Origin: Callorhinchus milii
Taxonomy: Eukaryota
NCBI RefSeq assembly: GCF_018977255.1
Contig: NW_024704743.1
Span: 44,890,001-44,954,000, forward strand
Length of the DNA stretch: 64,000 nucleotides
Direction of reading: 5' to 3'
Shown: positions 1-12,270 of the stretch, one piece after another
Layout of the letters: each line of letters opens with the position of its first letter
Position numbering within the stretch: position 1 is the stretch's first letter
Made by a program: the position numbers and the translations under genes
Notes under the pieces: model-generated
What the model was told of the DNA's origin: nothing
Seen by the model: the letters and a program-made list of their open reading frames with translations, nothing else
Database searches by the model: none

Positions 1-609
1 GATGAGGGTGTCACATCAAAAATGGTAATCTGTCTTTCTTATTAAGATGTTTATCTATCTATTGTGCATTGCTTTTATTGTTATTTTAAATTACCACTAT
101 TCACAATTGCTTATGTTTTGCATTTTATTGTCCAATGTTTGTTTTCAGTTCAATTGGTACCATTTTACTGGGGCAGCATTTTCCTTCCATCTCTGTAATA
201 CCATTGTAACATCAAGTTGCAGGAAAAAATTGTTTCTTGGGAGGTATATTTCTCAGAAAATAAAGGTCGGCAAGTCTACAGGGAAATGCATTGGCTTGCA
301 GTTACATTGCCTTCCCATCCAGAGAGTCACAAGTTCAAATCCTGGGGCTGTCTTTTGCTTCAATCTGCATTTCATTAAAGAGAAAAGATACATCAGTTCT
401 CTGTTGGGTCACTAAATTAAACCCTTCATGCTGGCAGAGGGGAAAGGTTGGGGTGAAGCAACTATGGGCCAAAATTTCTCAAGGCTTTAGCCCAGTCCTA
501 GGTTCTAGCTATATATAACTATAGGCTGTCCAGAACTACATTCTGGTCTCATACCAAGCTTTATGTTCTTGTGGCTCTTTTGCAGCCTTATCAAGAACCA
601 GTGAAATCA

Positions 610-830
610 TTTAAAACCATTGTCTTAAAAATTTTAAATTCTGCAGAATTCTGAACAACAATCTTCCCTTTCGTCCCCATTTGGAAACTGACTTCCACAT
701 CAATATTTTAGGAAGAGGTGTTTACAATTCAGAAATCAGAGATTAATGAATTGAGCAAGTTTCTAAAAATTCTGAACAATCGTGTATTTTTAAGACAATC
801 ATCTCAAGGCTAAGACCATGAGAAATTTCA
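610..830. mobile_element. Degenerate palindromic MITE-like element
   Basis: TTGTCTTAAAAA ... TTTTTAAGACAA inverted ends; internal similarity to copies at 6660 and 36560. Confidence 0.45.
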
Positions 831-1529
831 GACGACAAGTATTTGAGTCTTGCTATGACTGACAAACTGAGATTATTGTGGCTTTATCAATTGGGCACAT
901 GTCTGCTTTTCCTTCAGGACTTTCACTGCGCGCTATGTAGCACAATTGTTGATGTGAGCTAAGCAAGCATGCTTTTTCCCATGCAGTGTGTTTCATAAAT
1001 GTGTTGCTGTACGCTTATAAATAACTGGAATGCAATTTTAAAAGGGTTATTGAAATTATATTTCAAAATTACAACAAAACATATTTATAAATGCAATGGA
1101 CCAAGTATTCACAACTTACCAAATGGAGGTAAATAGCTCTTAGCTCATATGGAGCAGAAGAAAATCCTTCTTGGCATCCATAACTCTATTCTTATTAAGA
1201 TCCAGCTCATAAAGAACTTCAAGGATATATGTTGTGCTATGCACCTATTACACTGATAGCTACAAGACTTCCAGTTCTCCCATAGATCAACATGGCCTGT
1301 TCTTCAAATCTATGTAGCACTACAATCTCAATCTGAATCTACCTATACAATTTGCTTCAGCTCCATTTTTTGCCTGCGTCCTCTGGTCTTCTAGCCTGAA
1401 TTTATACTTGCTTTCTCACCATTCCTACACCCCATACCCCATCACAGCATTAGAGGCTGAGTTTTGACCCAGTAACCCCTTCTTTCAGGAACTCTCAAAA
1501 TCTGTCTTATGTCTTGCTCCATGAAAACC

Positions 1530-1920
1530 TTGAGCTCAAGATGCTCATCCTCACTTTTAAAGCTGTCCATCGTCCTGCCCCACTTCACCTTGGTGACCTG
1601 CCAAAACCCTACCAACCCACCTGCTCCCTCCGCTCTGGCCTGCTACACGTCCCCCCGCTCCACCAACAGGAGTTGAGCTTTCAGCCTTTCTGCCCATACT
1701 CTCTGGAACTCCATCCTGGAATTCGTTCATTGTCTCCCCACCTATAGCCACTTTCAAGGTCTGCCTCAAGAATGCCTTCTGTCATCTTCCCACCCCTTCT
1801 TGGCCTCCACCCCTCCCGAATCCAACCTCTAGCTCGGGTGCAACTCTTTGACACTGTCCATAACTTTAGGACATTCTTCTGATCTGAAAGGTGCTATTTA
1901 AATGCAATTTGATGTTGTTA
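1530..1920 (+). mobile_element. L2-clade LINE 3' fragment
   Basis: ELKMLILTFKAVH...PYQPTCSLRS decayed ORF2 C-terminus; tail GAAAGGTGCTATTTAAATGCAATTTGATGTTG. Confidence 0.8.
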
Positions 1921-2604
1921 AAAATGTTTTCAAACGTTTTTATGTCAATGCTTGAGAATTTGTGTTTTAACACACGTGTCTAAAGGGTTAAATTCCACTG
2001 TTCACTCAAGTTACCAACATTGGTGACAATGGGCGATTATAATGAGGAATTCATTATATACACACACCACTAACATGGGTACGTTTACTGACCAGTGGAA
2101 AAGGTGATCTCTTGGTGTCATAAAACCTTTATAACACAGTCAATGTTTATCTAATTGCATTTTGAACATGGCCTTTTGGAAGTTTGAATGCAAAAGCAGC
2201 CTCTTTCAGAGTAGTGCCAGAATGATGTATATTAATAACTGCTTCAGGCCAAAAATATAATGCAGCAGGTGTACCATTCACCACCTTAATAGCTTGCACC
2301 ACTGAATATATAGCTCAGTTTATAAAAGAGATGTTTGGATTGACTGACGGATTCCATTAGTTTTTGTTAGACAGACATTCAGAATTGATTTGTTCACACA
2401 TAAGTAAACGGGAACATGGGAAGTATGTAATTGTGAAAGTGGATTTGTTTTCCTCACTAAGTTTCTCTTCTCACCCGCCTTTACTGAAGATTATTTTGAT
2501 TCCTTCTATTGGTGAAGGGAAGATAAGGACAGTGATTCAATTCGACATGTGCTGGTTATCCTCTTGCCCAAGCCACCATTATTTATCTTCTCAGGGTAAT
2601 AAGT

Positions 2605-2900
2605 GATTCTTGCATTTGGTATAGTGCCTTTCACATCAGGAGGATGACCCAAAAAGCTTCACAAGATTTACTGTGAAGTGTATTGACTTTGCATTTGTTG
2701 GCAGATGTGGCAGCCCAACTGCACACAGCAATGTCCCACCAACACCCATGAAGTGAATCATCAATTTTATTTGAGGAATTGATGGCCAGGGCACCGGATA
2801 AAACTCCCTTCTCTTTTCGAATCGTACCATGGGATCTCTAATGTCTAACTGAACAGGCAGACAGGACCTCGGCTTTACATCTCATCCAAAGGACGAGGTG
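2605..2900 (-). mobile_element. Old DeuSINE-like SINE fragment
   Basis: Reverse complement of GTGGGACATTGCTGTGTGCAGTTGGGCTGCC core and ...GGCACTATACCAAATGCAAG tail. Confidence 0.65.
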
Positions 2901-2964
2901 CTATTACTGTCATGTGTAGTGACTTTTGTTTGTAGGCAATCGCCAGTCATTTCACATAGGAATG

Positions 2965-3153
2965 TCTCTTTGACCGTGCCTTCAGCTCCCCTCTCGATTC
3001 TTTACCCCCTCCTCGCTCCCTCCCTTCTCTCCCCTCACCCTGACCATTTCCCCCCTGCTCGGGTCCTGACCCAACTGTACAGCGCCTTGGGACGTCCTCC
3101 CGACGTGAAAGGCGCTCAATAAATGGAATCTTGTTGTTGTTGTTGTTGTTGTT
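2965..3153 (+). mobile_element. Young L2 LINE 3' end (3'UTR type 1)
   Basis: Near-identical to 33770-33999 and 42830-43000; stem-loop AGCGCCTTGGGACGTCCTCCCGACGTGAAAGGCGCT then (TTG)n tail. Confidence 0.85.
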
Positions 3154-3189
3154 GTCTCACAAACTGGTAAAAGACTAATTCAATTAAGA

Positions 3190-3450
3190 GTTGTTGGCCT
3201 TGACAAGTGGGGGGAGAAACTTCCTTCTCTTTTTAATAGTGTCATGTGATCTTTAGCACTCATCTGAAGAACAGGCAGATGGGACTTTGTTTTAAAATCT
3301 CACCTGAAAGACATTTCTGATAATGTAGACCCCTAGTAGTGCATTGGAGTGTCAGCCTGGACCACGAGTTGAAGTCCCAATGCAGGGCTTGAATCTATGA
3401 CCTTCTGACCTAGAGGCAAAAGTGTTACTGACTGAGACACGCTTACATCT
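3190..3450 (-). mobile_element. Old DeuSINE-like SINE, 5' half
   Basis: Reverse complement of head/body seen at 12560 and 62338. Confidence 0.55.
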
Positions 3451-3455
3451 GCATC

Positions 3456-3635
3456 TGAAATAAAAACAGAAGTCGCTGAGAACACTCAGCAGGTCAGGCA
3501 GCATCTATGTTATCGTTTCAGGTCGATAACCTTTTGTCTGAAAGGTTGTCATCCTGAAATGGTAACTCACTTTCCTCTCTCCATAGATGCTGCCTGACCT
3601 GCTGAGTGTTCCCAGCAACTTCTGTTTTTGTTTCA
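3456..3635. repeat. Inverted repeat, Penelope-associated-type element with decayed hammerhead-like cores
   Basis: 54-bp arms 3456-3509 and 3582-3635 are near-perfect reverse complements; inner region also self-complementary (TTTCAGGTCGATAACCTTT / AAAGGTTGTCATCCTGAAA). Confidence 0.75.
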
Positions 3636-4609
3636 AATCTGCAGTACGTTGCCTTTTTTTTTACAACTGCATCTTGCAGGTATCAGCCTATAACCAAAGT
3701 ATCATGAATCAAAGTAATAAAATGCTGATTATTTTATAATGGAAATTCCAGTCATCAAGAAATACCAGAAGACCATTAATTTTAGAAATCAGCACATAAT
3801 AAACCCAGTCAAGTGTTCCTTGAAATATTATAAATTTGCAGTTTATACACATTTTCACATTTTGATGTTTTAATATTCCACCCCACTTATTTCCCTTCTA
3901 GATTAGTCCTTTCCAACACTCCATCTGGAAGTGAACAATCTACATAATGGATACTATCAATGTGCTTGTGCATATTCCTTTGTAAGTCTAGAATAAAGGA
4001 TGAGAATGTAAGAACACATTGAACGGTAGAAAACCATGTTGAAAATTAAGCCCAATCCTTCCACGGATCACAAGACAACAAAACTTGCATTTATATAACC
4101 CCTTCATATAGGGTAATGTCTTGGAGCACAACACCCTTCATTTCACGAATTTCATCACATCCTCTTTTTATCTTGGGAGAGTGCTGAATAAATACTCTCT
4201 GATTCTAAAACAGTGAATCAAAACCTGCAGAATATTCAACAATCCACAACATCTCCGCTGAACCTGGCCAGCATTCCTTCTCCCAAGTAAAACAGAAATA
4301 AACCATGGTATCCTTTGAATTGTGCATTTATTCACCTCAGTGTGCAACTACAATATCCCCAAATTTTCCAATACTACACTCAGGAATTTTCCACTTCAAA
4401 AAGGTTTGATTGTTTGAGTGATTCAAATGGGACCTCAAAAGCTTTCCCTAAGGGGGTGGAGGGGGCTCCTGAAAACATTAGTTGAGATGGCAATTGAATG
4501 TGTGACACTGTAGAACTGAGGCAAACTGTCACCTTGAATCTTCATTAAGACCAGCCATTTTGCTGTGTTAAGAAAATATTGACTTGATTCACTTCTGCAC
4601 ATTTTCCAT

Positions 4610-5852
4610 GGTTACCAATGTAGCACTTTTGCCTCTGAGTCAGCGTTTATGGGTTCAAGCCCCATGTCAGCATGTTGAACTGCTATAATCCAGGCTATAA
4701 TACAAGACCGAGGCTCTCCTGATCGGCTTCCGTCAGCGCCTCCTCACCTTAGGTGCTGACAACATCACCATCCATGGTTGCACACACCACCTTACCAAGC
4801 CAGTCTGGAACCTTGGCATCTTGTTTGACCCTCAACTATCCTTTCTACCCCACATCTGCGCCATGACCCGCTCTGCCTTGCCCCACCTCCGCAACATCTC
4901 CTGGCTCCGCCATTGTCTCACACCGCAGGCGGCCACGACCCTCATACAGGCTTTCATTACATCGAGGCTTGACTATGCAAACTCCTTGCTTGTCGGCCTC
5001 CCCAACTCCTCGCTCCACAAGCTGCAGATCATCCAGAACTCTGCAGCTCGCATCCTCTCCCGCACCAGGCACCATGACCGTATCACCTCCATCCTTGCCT
5101 GACTCCACTGGTTTCCCATCACACAGAGGATACAGTTCAAGAACCTGGTCCTCACCTTCAAAGCCTTGCATGGTCTTGCTACACCCCCTATCTCTGCGAC
5201 CTCCTAACTCCTTCCATCCTGCTCCCTCCCTCTGCCAGCGGGCTCTGGCCTGCTTCATGTCCCCCACCTTGCTTGCCCTACTATTGGCGGGTGGGCCTTC
5301 TACTTCTCTACCCCCACCCTCTGGAACTCCATCCCACAGTCCCTCTTCCTCTCCCCCTCCCTTGCCTCCTTCAAGACCTATCTCAAGACGCTCCTGTTCG
5401 ACCGTGCTTTCGATCTCCCTGCTCCCCCCCAGCCCTCCACCCTCCCTGACCCTGACCCCCAGCTCGGGTCCGAAACTCTGTCTGTCCAGCGCCTTGGCAC
5501 ATCCTCCTGACATGAAAGGCGCTATACAAATGTAATTTTGCTGTTGTTGTTGTATTGCTCAAATGCAATGCTTGGGGGGTGTTGCATTGCAAGAGTTGCC
5601 ATCCTTTGGATGCAATGATTAATCAAGGGCATGTTCAGATCTCACTAAAGATCTCGCTCTTCGAGATGGGAATTTCTCCCAGAATCCTGACCAACAATCC
5701 CACATATAAAATTGGTCAGTCTTGCCTGCTTGTGGTACATTTGCTGTGCACAGATTGGCTGCTGCAACTCTACAGTCATTGCGCTTGTGAAACACTTTGA
5801 CGCATCCTCCCAACATGAGAGTCACTATATCAAATGCAAGAATTATTATTAT
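4610..5852 (+). mobile_element. Old DeuSINE-like SINE split by an L2 insertion (head 4610-4700, body/tail 5558-5852)
   Basis: Head TAGCACTTTTGCCTCTGAGTCAG...GGGTTCAAGCCCCA continues after the LINE with GTTGCCATCCTTTGGATG...TTGCTGTGCACAGATTGGCTGC...CAAATGCAAGAATTATTATT. Confidence 0.65.
4703..5555 (+). mobile_element. L2 LINE, 5'-truncated (ORF2 C-terminus + 3'UTR type 2)
   Basis: FDPQLSFLPHI...SRLDYANSLLVGLP...LQIIQNSAARILSRT; CGA>TGA stop at 5100; (TTG)n tail. Confidence 0.92.
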
Positions 5853-6659
5853 TTGAAAAAGAGCACCAGTATCATCAGTTGAATATCTAATCCCTGGACA
5901 CAGGCCAGCAGTGAGATATTTTGCTCATATTTTGTTTGAATTGTTTCTGTAGGGGAATGAAACATCAGTATGGCAGTTAAATTAACTCAAACATGCTATA
6001 TGCTTGTGGCCATTGTTGTGGCTATAGTCCACAAACCTGGGTGCTCTATGTTACATTGGAGGACAAAGAACAAATTGGTCAATGATCTCATGCTTTAATT
6101 AGCCTACGGTTCCTTACTCCAAGAAGAACATGGGTACTTTTTCATGACAACTTACATTAGCTAGTTGGCTGCACATCCCTTAGGAACTATTCAGTTGTGC
6201 TTTTGCAATTCAACTGATACTTTTTTATAAAAATGTGGTATTTTCAGATGGATTCTTTCCCATTCAATACCCAGTCAAAGCTCATAATTTCAATCATCAC
6301 TCAACTGCAAGTATCAAGTGACCATTAACTTTGTTTTTATTTTTCATTTAATTGAATTAGTCTGTGGAGTGACAGTAATACTTGGGTTCTTGGCGTTCAT
6401 AATGATGAGTGAGACCTGCACTCAAACATGTAACAGATGAATAGTTTTTGTTAATGGTTTCAGAGCTTCATGAGTGCAGTTGCAAATAGCTCCAATGGTG
6501 CGTGTATCTCTCATCTGGCAACAATAATTAACTCAAAGATTTTAGTGCATGAAATACAGTGCTACATGATATTGAGGAACTGATCTGTTCTCCTTGACTA
6601 GAATACAGCATATTCTGGATCTAAGCAGTCTGAAATGGTCTTGTGCTCTTAGCCTTAAG

Positions 6660-6880
6660 TCCATTGCCTTAAACTTCAAGATCGTGCAGATTTTTTTGGA
6701 AAAGTATTAAATTCAGTTTAAAGTTTGGAAGCTAATTTTCTGCTGCTGTAAGTTACCTGCCATTCTTAAAAAGAACTTGGGAACATCAGCCTCCAAATTT
6801 AAGAGATGATTTAAGAATTTTTCCAAATTCTGCACAATCTGAAATTTTAGGTCAGTGCCTAAATCTATGAGGAAATTTGG
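6660..6880. mobile_element. Degenerate palindromic MITE-like element
   Basis: GTGCAGATTTTTTTGGAAAA ... TTTTTCCAAATTCTGCAC symmetric arms; same family as 13826. Confidence 0.55.
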
Positions 6881-7762
6881 GCTTCGGTCTTCCTGGTAAG
6901 TAGCTTCAGCACCATGTCTGATTTTCTTTGGATGGAGTGGGAAATTTAAATTATTTTAGTTGGCTTCAGGAAATGTTCTCATTGGAGAACTATTATGAGC
7001 AGCCTTGTCTGAGAGTGAGGGAGGAGACCCCTTAACAATTTTTTTTCTTGCCTTCATCAATTGCCCGTGAATGTCATCAAAAGTGATATTGGTCTAGTTG
7101 CCAAAGAGTGAGACCAGCGACATTCAATGCTGACAGATGTGGATAGAACTCACAAGTGGGGAAAGATAGTGGTTTGTGTTCAATGATAGGAAGCCAACTT
7201 TATTACCTTTGAGAAAGAGAACAATAGATTGTGATGACACTCATCCATCGCATCTCTATAAAGGTCACAAATTGTTCCATAACAAAATATTCAGTTGGAT
7301 TATTTATCTTGTGCTGGGGAATCAGTGTGAGATAAAACATGGCTGGAACAAAAAACTTGATTGAAGAATGACAAACCTCAAGAAAACAAAGCCTTATTTG
7401 CCTCAGTATGAAATTGCTGGGCTCTACAGAGTCGATCTACGCTCTAGTGGTTTGTGCTCAGTGCTAGGAAGTCAACTCAATTACCGTAACCCTTTTGAGA
7501 AAGAGAAAAATGGACAGCAAAGACACTCATCAATTACCCATTTAAGTGCTCCGAGACGCTGCCCCGCATGAAGGGTGCTATATAAATGCAAGTTGTTGTT
7601 GTATCTGTACAGTGATGAAGGCTTGAGTCTGAGGACAAATCCATCTCATCCTCTTGGACTCAGCAGAATCACCGTTGCCATTGCCACTGTGCACTTGATT
7701 GACTGAGCACACATCATGTAAATTTCAGAGATGTGGCTGAACCCCTTGTTGTCGAAAGGTTT

Positions 7763-7988
7763 ATAATAATAATAATCCTTGCATTTGATATAGCGCCTTA
7801 TCACTTCTTTCAAACATCTCAAAGAATATACTGTAAAATAAATTGACTGTATATTTTGTGGACGAAGCCCGACAGCCAATTGCGCACAGCAGTGTCCCAC
7901 AAACAGTTGTGGATTATTTGTTTTGTCCTGCTGGGAATCGAACCCAGGACTCTCACTTGCGAGGCGAGTGCTCTAAGCACTGAGCCAC
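7763..7988 (-). mobile_element. tRNA-derived SINE (young family), internally deleted
   Basis: Tail ATAATAATCCTTGCATTTGATATAGCGC and head complement GGGAATCGAACCCAGG...GAGTGCTCTAAGCACTGAGC. Confidence 0.85.
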
Positions 7989-10019
7989 TCATTGCTACTT
8001 ATGAGGAGAGTAGCAATATAAGAGTTGCTAGCAAGTGTTATACTGACATTTATTTCCCAATAGCCACAGTAGTGTAGAAGAAGTGCTCAAATGGTATTAG
8101 TAGTTAAACTCGCAATATGAACTGAGTTTTCTGTAGGCAATCTGCTGTACGTATTGCTGTTTCTTGAGACCTTGGCCCCAACCGAAATTCTGAATGCTCT
8201 GAGACATTTCAACATGATAAGGAAATACAACATTGCAAATTCTATCTTTTGTTGCCCCTTCCATACAGAAATATTTTTGCTTGCATCCATGTGCCATGTT
8301 AATCACGCAGTGTGGCATTATAAATAACAAATAACACAAATAACTCTTCGGTGTTTTATTTTTGGACCCAAACAAAAGAAAAAAGAAAAATAGGACATTT
8401 TTCAATAAAATTCCTTACAATCTTGCACTCTGTGCATATGTTCCTTAAACAGCTGGTTGTAGAGGATATGCCAAGATCACAACCTTTTATTCCCATGTTC
8501 AGTTAATGAGTAATATAGAAGACCTGCTCCTGCAGCGCAAGCTGGGCTATTCTGTCCGTCTATAGTACCTGTGCAGGTTACTTTTCAGGCTACTTTGTTA
8601 ACGGTCATTATATTCTGACTTTCAAAATTTCATGCCCTTGTTCAGCATCTCTCTTGAGGTATGGGCAATGCTACAGTGGCTGCCATTAGCTTTCACTTTA
8701 ATTACCTGGGCTTGTGACTTTTAGCCTTGCTCCTTTTCACAAACATTTGCATCAGAACAGCAGGCCACTTTGTGGTCCGTCTTTCACGTTTCTTTAAAAC
8801 CATCAGGCTTTCATGCAAGAACTCTCAATGAACACACTTTATTTTCGATTATTATTAATGGTAATGCTGCAGCTAGTTTGATAATCTTTTCCTCGTGCAG
8901 CTCAGAAACGCAGTGGCAAAAACTTACGTCCCACCTCTGCGGTTACAAGTTCAGATTCCAGGGGAAGGTGGTTATGACCCGATTCTGCTGTTTGTCAGCA
9001 TTCAGGCAGCTGCCTGGTAATGAGGATCTCCTTTTGCTGAACCAACTCAGGTTTGATAGAGTGAGGATGTGAAGGTCGCTCAACCATGCCTACTCAGCAG
9101 CTTGTGAATGCCTCCTGCTGGCTGACCCCTTGTCTGCTGTTTAAGAACTGCCTCTCGCTCTGCCTGCACCAGCACCATCATCATTATCATTATCCAGAAC
9201 TCAAACGCCCCAGGCAGTGGAACAAAGACGTTCTGCCACATTTAGTATTCATTGCATCCACTTGGATTTTTAAAAAGAAACGTTGGAAGCAAGCAGAGCA
9301 TGGCACAGATAAAATGTACAGTTGAGCCCTTATGACACATCCATTATTTTCCAGAAAATGCTGCTCTAAAACAAGGCTCATGCTTGCATGAGAATTTCAG
9401 TCCAGCGGGAATGTACTTTGGAATTTGAAATTGTCACAACTGAGCTTCTGAGACAAAAAGTCTCAGTGATGGCTCCCCTCGGTGAACAATGATAAGAAAT
9501 TAAAATGAAACCGGGAGCAAATATTGCCTTATCTCTTGTGAGAGGGCTCTACCTTTCATATGCATTTCAATTAAATTGATTAAAATGTTTAAATTACATT
9601 ATTTACAGTGTGCAATGTGCATAAAGTCAAAATCTGAAGAGTTTGCTCAATCACACATCGTCTCCTCTACAAAAATAGAGGGGAAGATGTAGTTATTATT
9701 GCTTTTATGGCTCTATGGATGGTCGGCAGAACTTTCTGAACTGTTATTTTGTGCTTTGACAGAAGGAAGGTAAAATAAATTGAAGGCACAATTTCTAATT
9801 AGCTGGAATGTATAAAGTATGTGGTAGTTTAAGGTTCCAAGTGGAGACATATATTCACATACTGATTGCTACTTGGCATTCAATTGATTAAACAATATTT
9901 TGTTTCTGCTGAAATAAAAGTTACATCAATAGGCTATAAATGGCTATGACCAATTTAAATGTGCTGGTACATCATGAATGTCAACTGGTACCATTTGCTA
10001 ACTAAATATAAATGATGAT

Positions 10020-10327
10020 TGTGGAGTCCTGTAGCTCAGTGGTTAGAGCACTCGCCTCAGAAGCGAGAAATCTGGGTTCGATCCTTGGCAGTGCAAAACC
10101 TTGGGCAAGTTTCCTTACTCTACACGCCTGATAATAATCCCTGAAGAAAAAAAACAATTTCACTTCAATCCACGACTGTTTGTGGGACACCTTTGTGCGC
10201 AATTGTATGCCACATTTCGCCCACAAATATACAGTCAATTCACTTTATAGTACATTCTGTGAAGCGCTTTGAGATGTCTAGAAGACGTGAAAAGCGCTAT
10301 ATCAAATGCAAGGATTGTTATTATTAT
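10020..10327 (+). mobile_element. tRNA-derived SINE, short form, full length
   Basis: TGTGGAGTCCTGTAGCTCAGTGGTTAGAGC head, B box GGTTCGATCC, tail AAAAGCGCTATATCAAATGCAAGGATTGTTATT. Confidence 0.92.
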
Positions 10328-10580
10328 GATGCCTTCAGGTGTGGAATGTCAATATGTCACTGGCTATTTGGAAGCAGTAATGACTCCTGCCTTTAGTAAA
10401 GGAAGAAGCTAAGAAATCAAATCCAAAGCGATCAAATCTCTGAGTGTAATAATAATAATCAAAATATCAACACTTAGGTTTGTGCTACAAGCCACCAAAA
10501 ACAATTGCACACATGTATGTGAGTTTACTAAGGGCAAAATGTAGTTGTACAATGCAAGTAAGTGTAACCTAGCAACTACA

Positions 10581-10898
10581 GGAGTCCTGTAGCTCAGTGG
10601 TTAGAGCACTCGCTTTGCAAGCGAGAGACCTGAGTTCAATTCCAGGCAGAGGGCGAAACCTTGGGCAAGTTTCCTTACTCCACACAGAGCCTAATAATAA
10701 TCCCTCCAAAACCAAAAACAATAATAAAGTGGTCATTTTCAATCTACGACTGTTTGTGGGACATTGCTGTGCGCAATTGGCTGCCGCGTTCGCCCACAAA
10801 TATACAGTCAATTCACTTTACAGTGTGTTCTGTGAAGCGCTTTGGGACGTCCTCCCGACGTGAAAAGCGCTATATCAAATGCAAGGATTATTATTATT
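10581..10898 (+). mobile_element. tRNA-Ala-derived SINE, short form, full length
   Basis: A box TAGCTCAGTGG 10590-10600; anticodon arm CTCGC-TTTGCAA-GCGAG (TGC); B box GAGTTCAATTCC 10632-10643; Deu-like core 10751-10790; (TTA)n tail. Confidence 0.93.
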
Positions 10899-11429
10899 AC
10901 ACACATGCATACAAGTATACATCCAATTTTATTAGCTACCTTGGCAGAGAAGGTTTAAATTCCATTGCAATAGCCAACAGATGTAGAGTAGAGACGCTTA
11001 GCCTCCTACAGTGATTGCCATTGTTTGGAAACTTATTAAAAATTTGTTCTTGATATTTTATCTATTTTACTTTGGAAAATATTCTGAAATCTGAAGTTCT
11101 TCAAAGCACCATGGTTTGACTCTTTTCTAAACTTTGTCGACATAAGGGTCAAAATACAATATATCTACACTGGATTGATTGTGTGCATTCTGACATTCGG
11201 TTTGCAAATATCTTTGGAAATTTGCAGGTGACAAAACACAAGCAAAGTCCACAAAAAGGCCTGTGAGGACTCTACACCTGGAAGCAATATGAAAATATAA
11301 AACAGGCATAATATAACAACTAATTTCCTAGTGTGAACCAGGTATGAGATGTGGAAGTGAACTAACGGTCTCTTAACTTCCCAGTTTTCTATATTAAACT
11401 GCATCTGCCATCTTTTTCTCACATCCCCA

Positions 11430-12270
11430 GCTTCTGGGCTTCATACCATCATATGGCATTCCACAGGGATCTATCCTCTCCTCTTTAATATCTACATGCT
11501 CCTGCTCGGCAATGTCATCTGCAGGCATTGGGTTAACTTCCACATGTATGGGGATGACATCCAACCCTATTTCTCTGCCTCCACTCTCAATTCCAGGACC
11601 ACAGCTGTTAGATATCAAGTCCTGGATGAGAGCTAACTTTCTCCAGTTGAATGTCATTCCTTGGTTCCCATCACCATATTCTCACCTCAGGCGCTGACAA
11701 CATCAATCTACATGGATGCATGGATGCCTCACTGTCCCTCAAATCCCACATCTGGGCTCTGAACTGTTCCGCTTTCCCCTATCTCAGCAATATTGCCACA
11801 ACCTCACTCCTCAGATTGCCAAAACATTCCACACATTCATCACATCCAGGCTAGACTACACCAACTTTGCTCACCAGAGTCCACAAATCTTCTGTCCACA
11901 AACTGCAGACCATCCAGAACTCTGCAGCATGTGCTCTTTCCCGCATATGGTTCTGCGAGCCACTTACCCCTATCCTCACCCAGCTCCACTGGTTCATCAT
12001 TTTCCAAAGGATTGAATTCAAAATCCTCGTCGTCACTTTTAATTCCCTCCATGGTGTTAGCCCACCCTTCTTAAACCTTATCAACCTCACTTCTCCCTCT
12101 GCTCAGCAGTCACTGGCCTGCTTCATGTTCCTCACCTTGCCCATCCCACCATTGGTGGTTGGGCTTTCAGCCTATCTGCCCCCACCCTCTGGAATTCCAT
12201 CCCAGAGTCCATTTGCCTCACCTCTTCCATCACCTTCTTCAAAATCTGTCTGAAGACCTTCCTCCTGTTG
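11430..12270 (+). mobile_element. Degenerate L2 LINE fragment
   Basis: DIKSWMRANFLQLN, FITSRLDY, LQTIQNSAA, LHW...RIEFKIL in shifting frames. Confidence 0.85.

Noticed and set aside
918..953. Possible upstream non-coding RARB micro-exon (TTTTCCTTCAG...GAT|GTGAGC)
   Set aside because: Weak donor and no independent support.
10581..10650. tRNA-Ala gene
   Set aside because: A/B boxes and anticodon arm are present, but there is no acceptor stem and it continues into a multi-copy SINE body.
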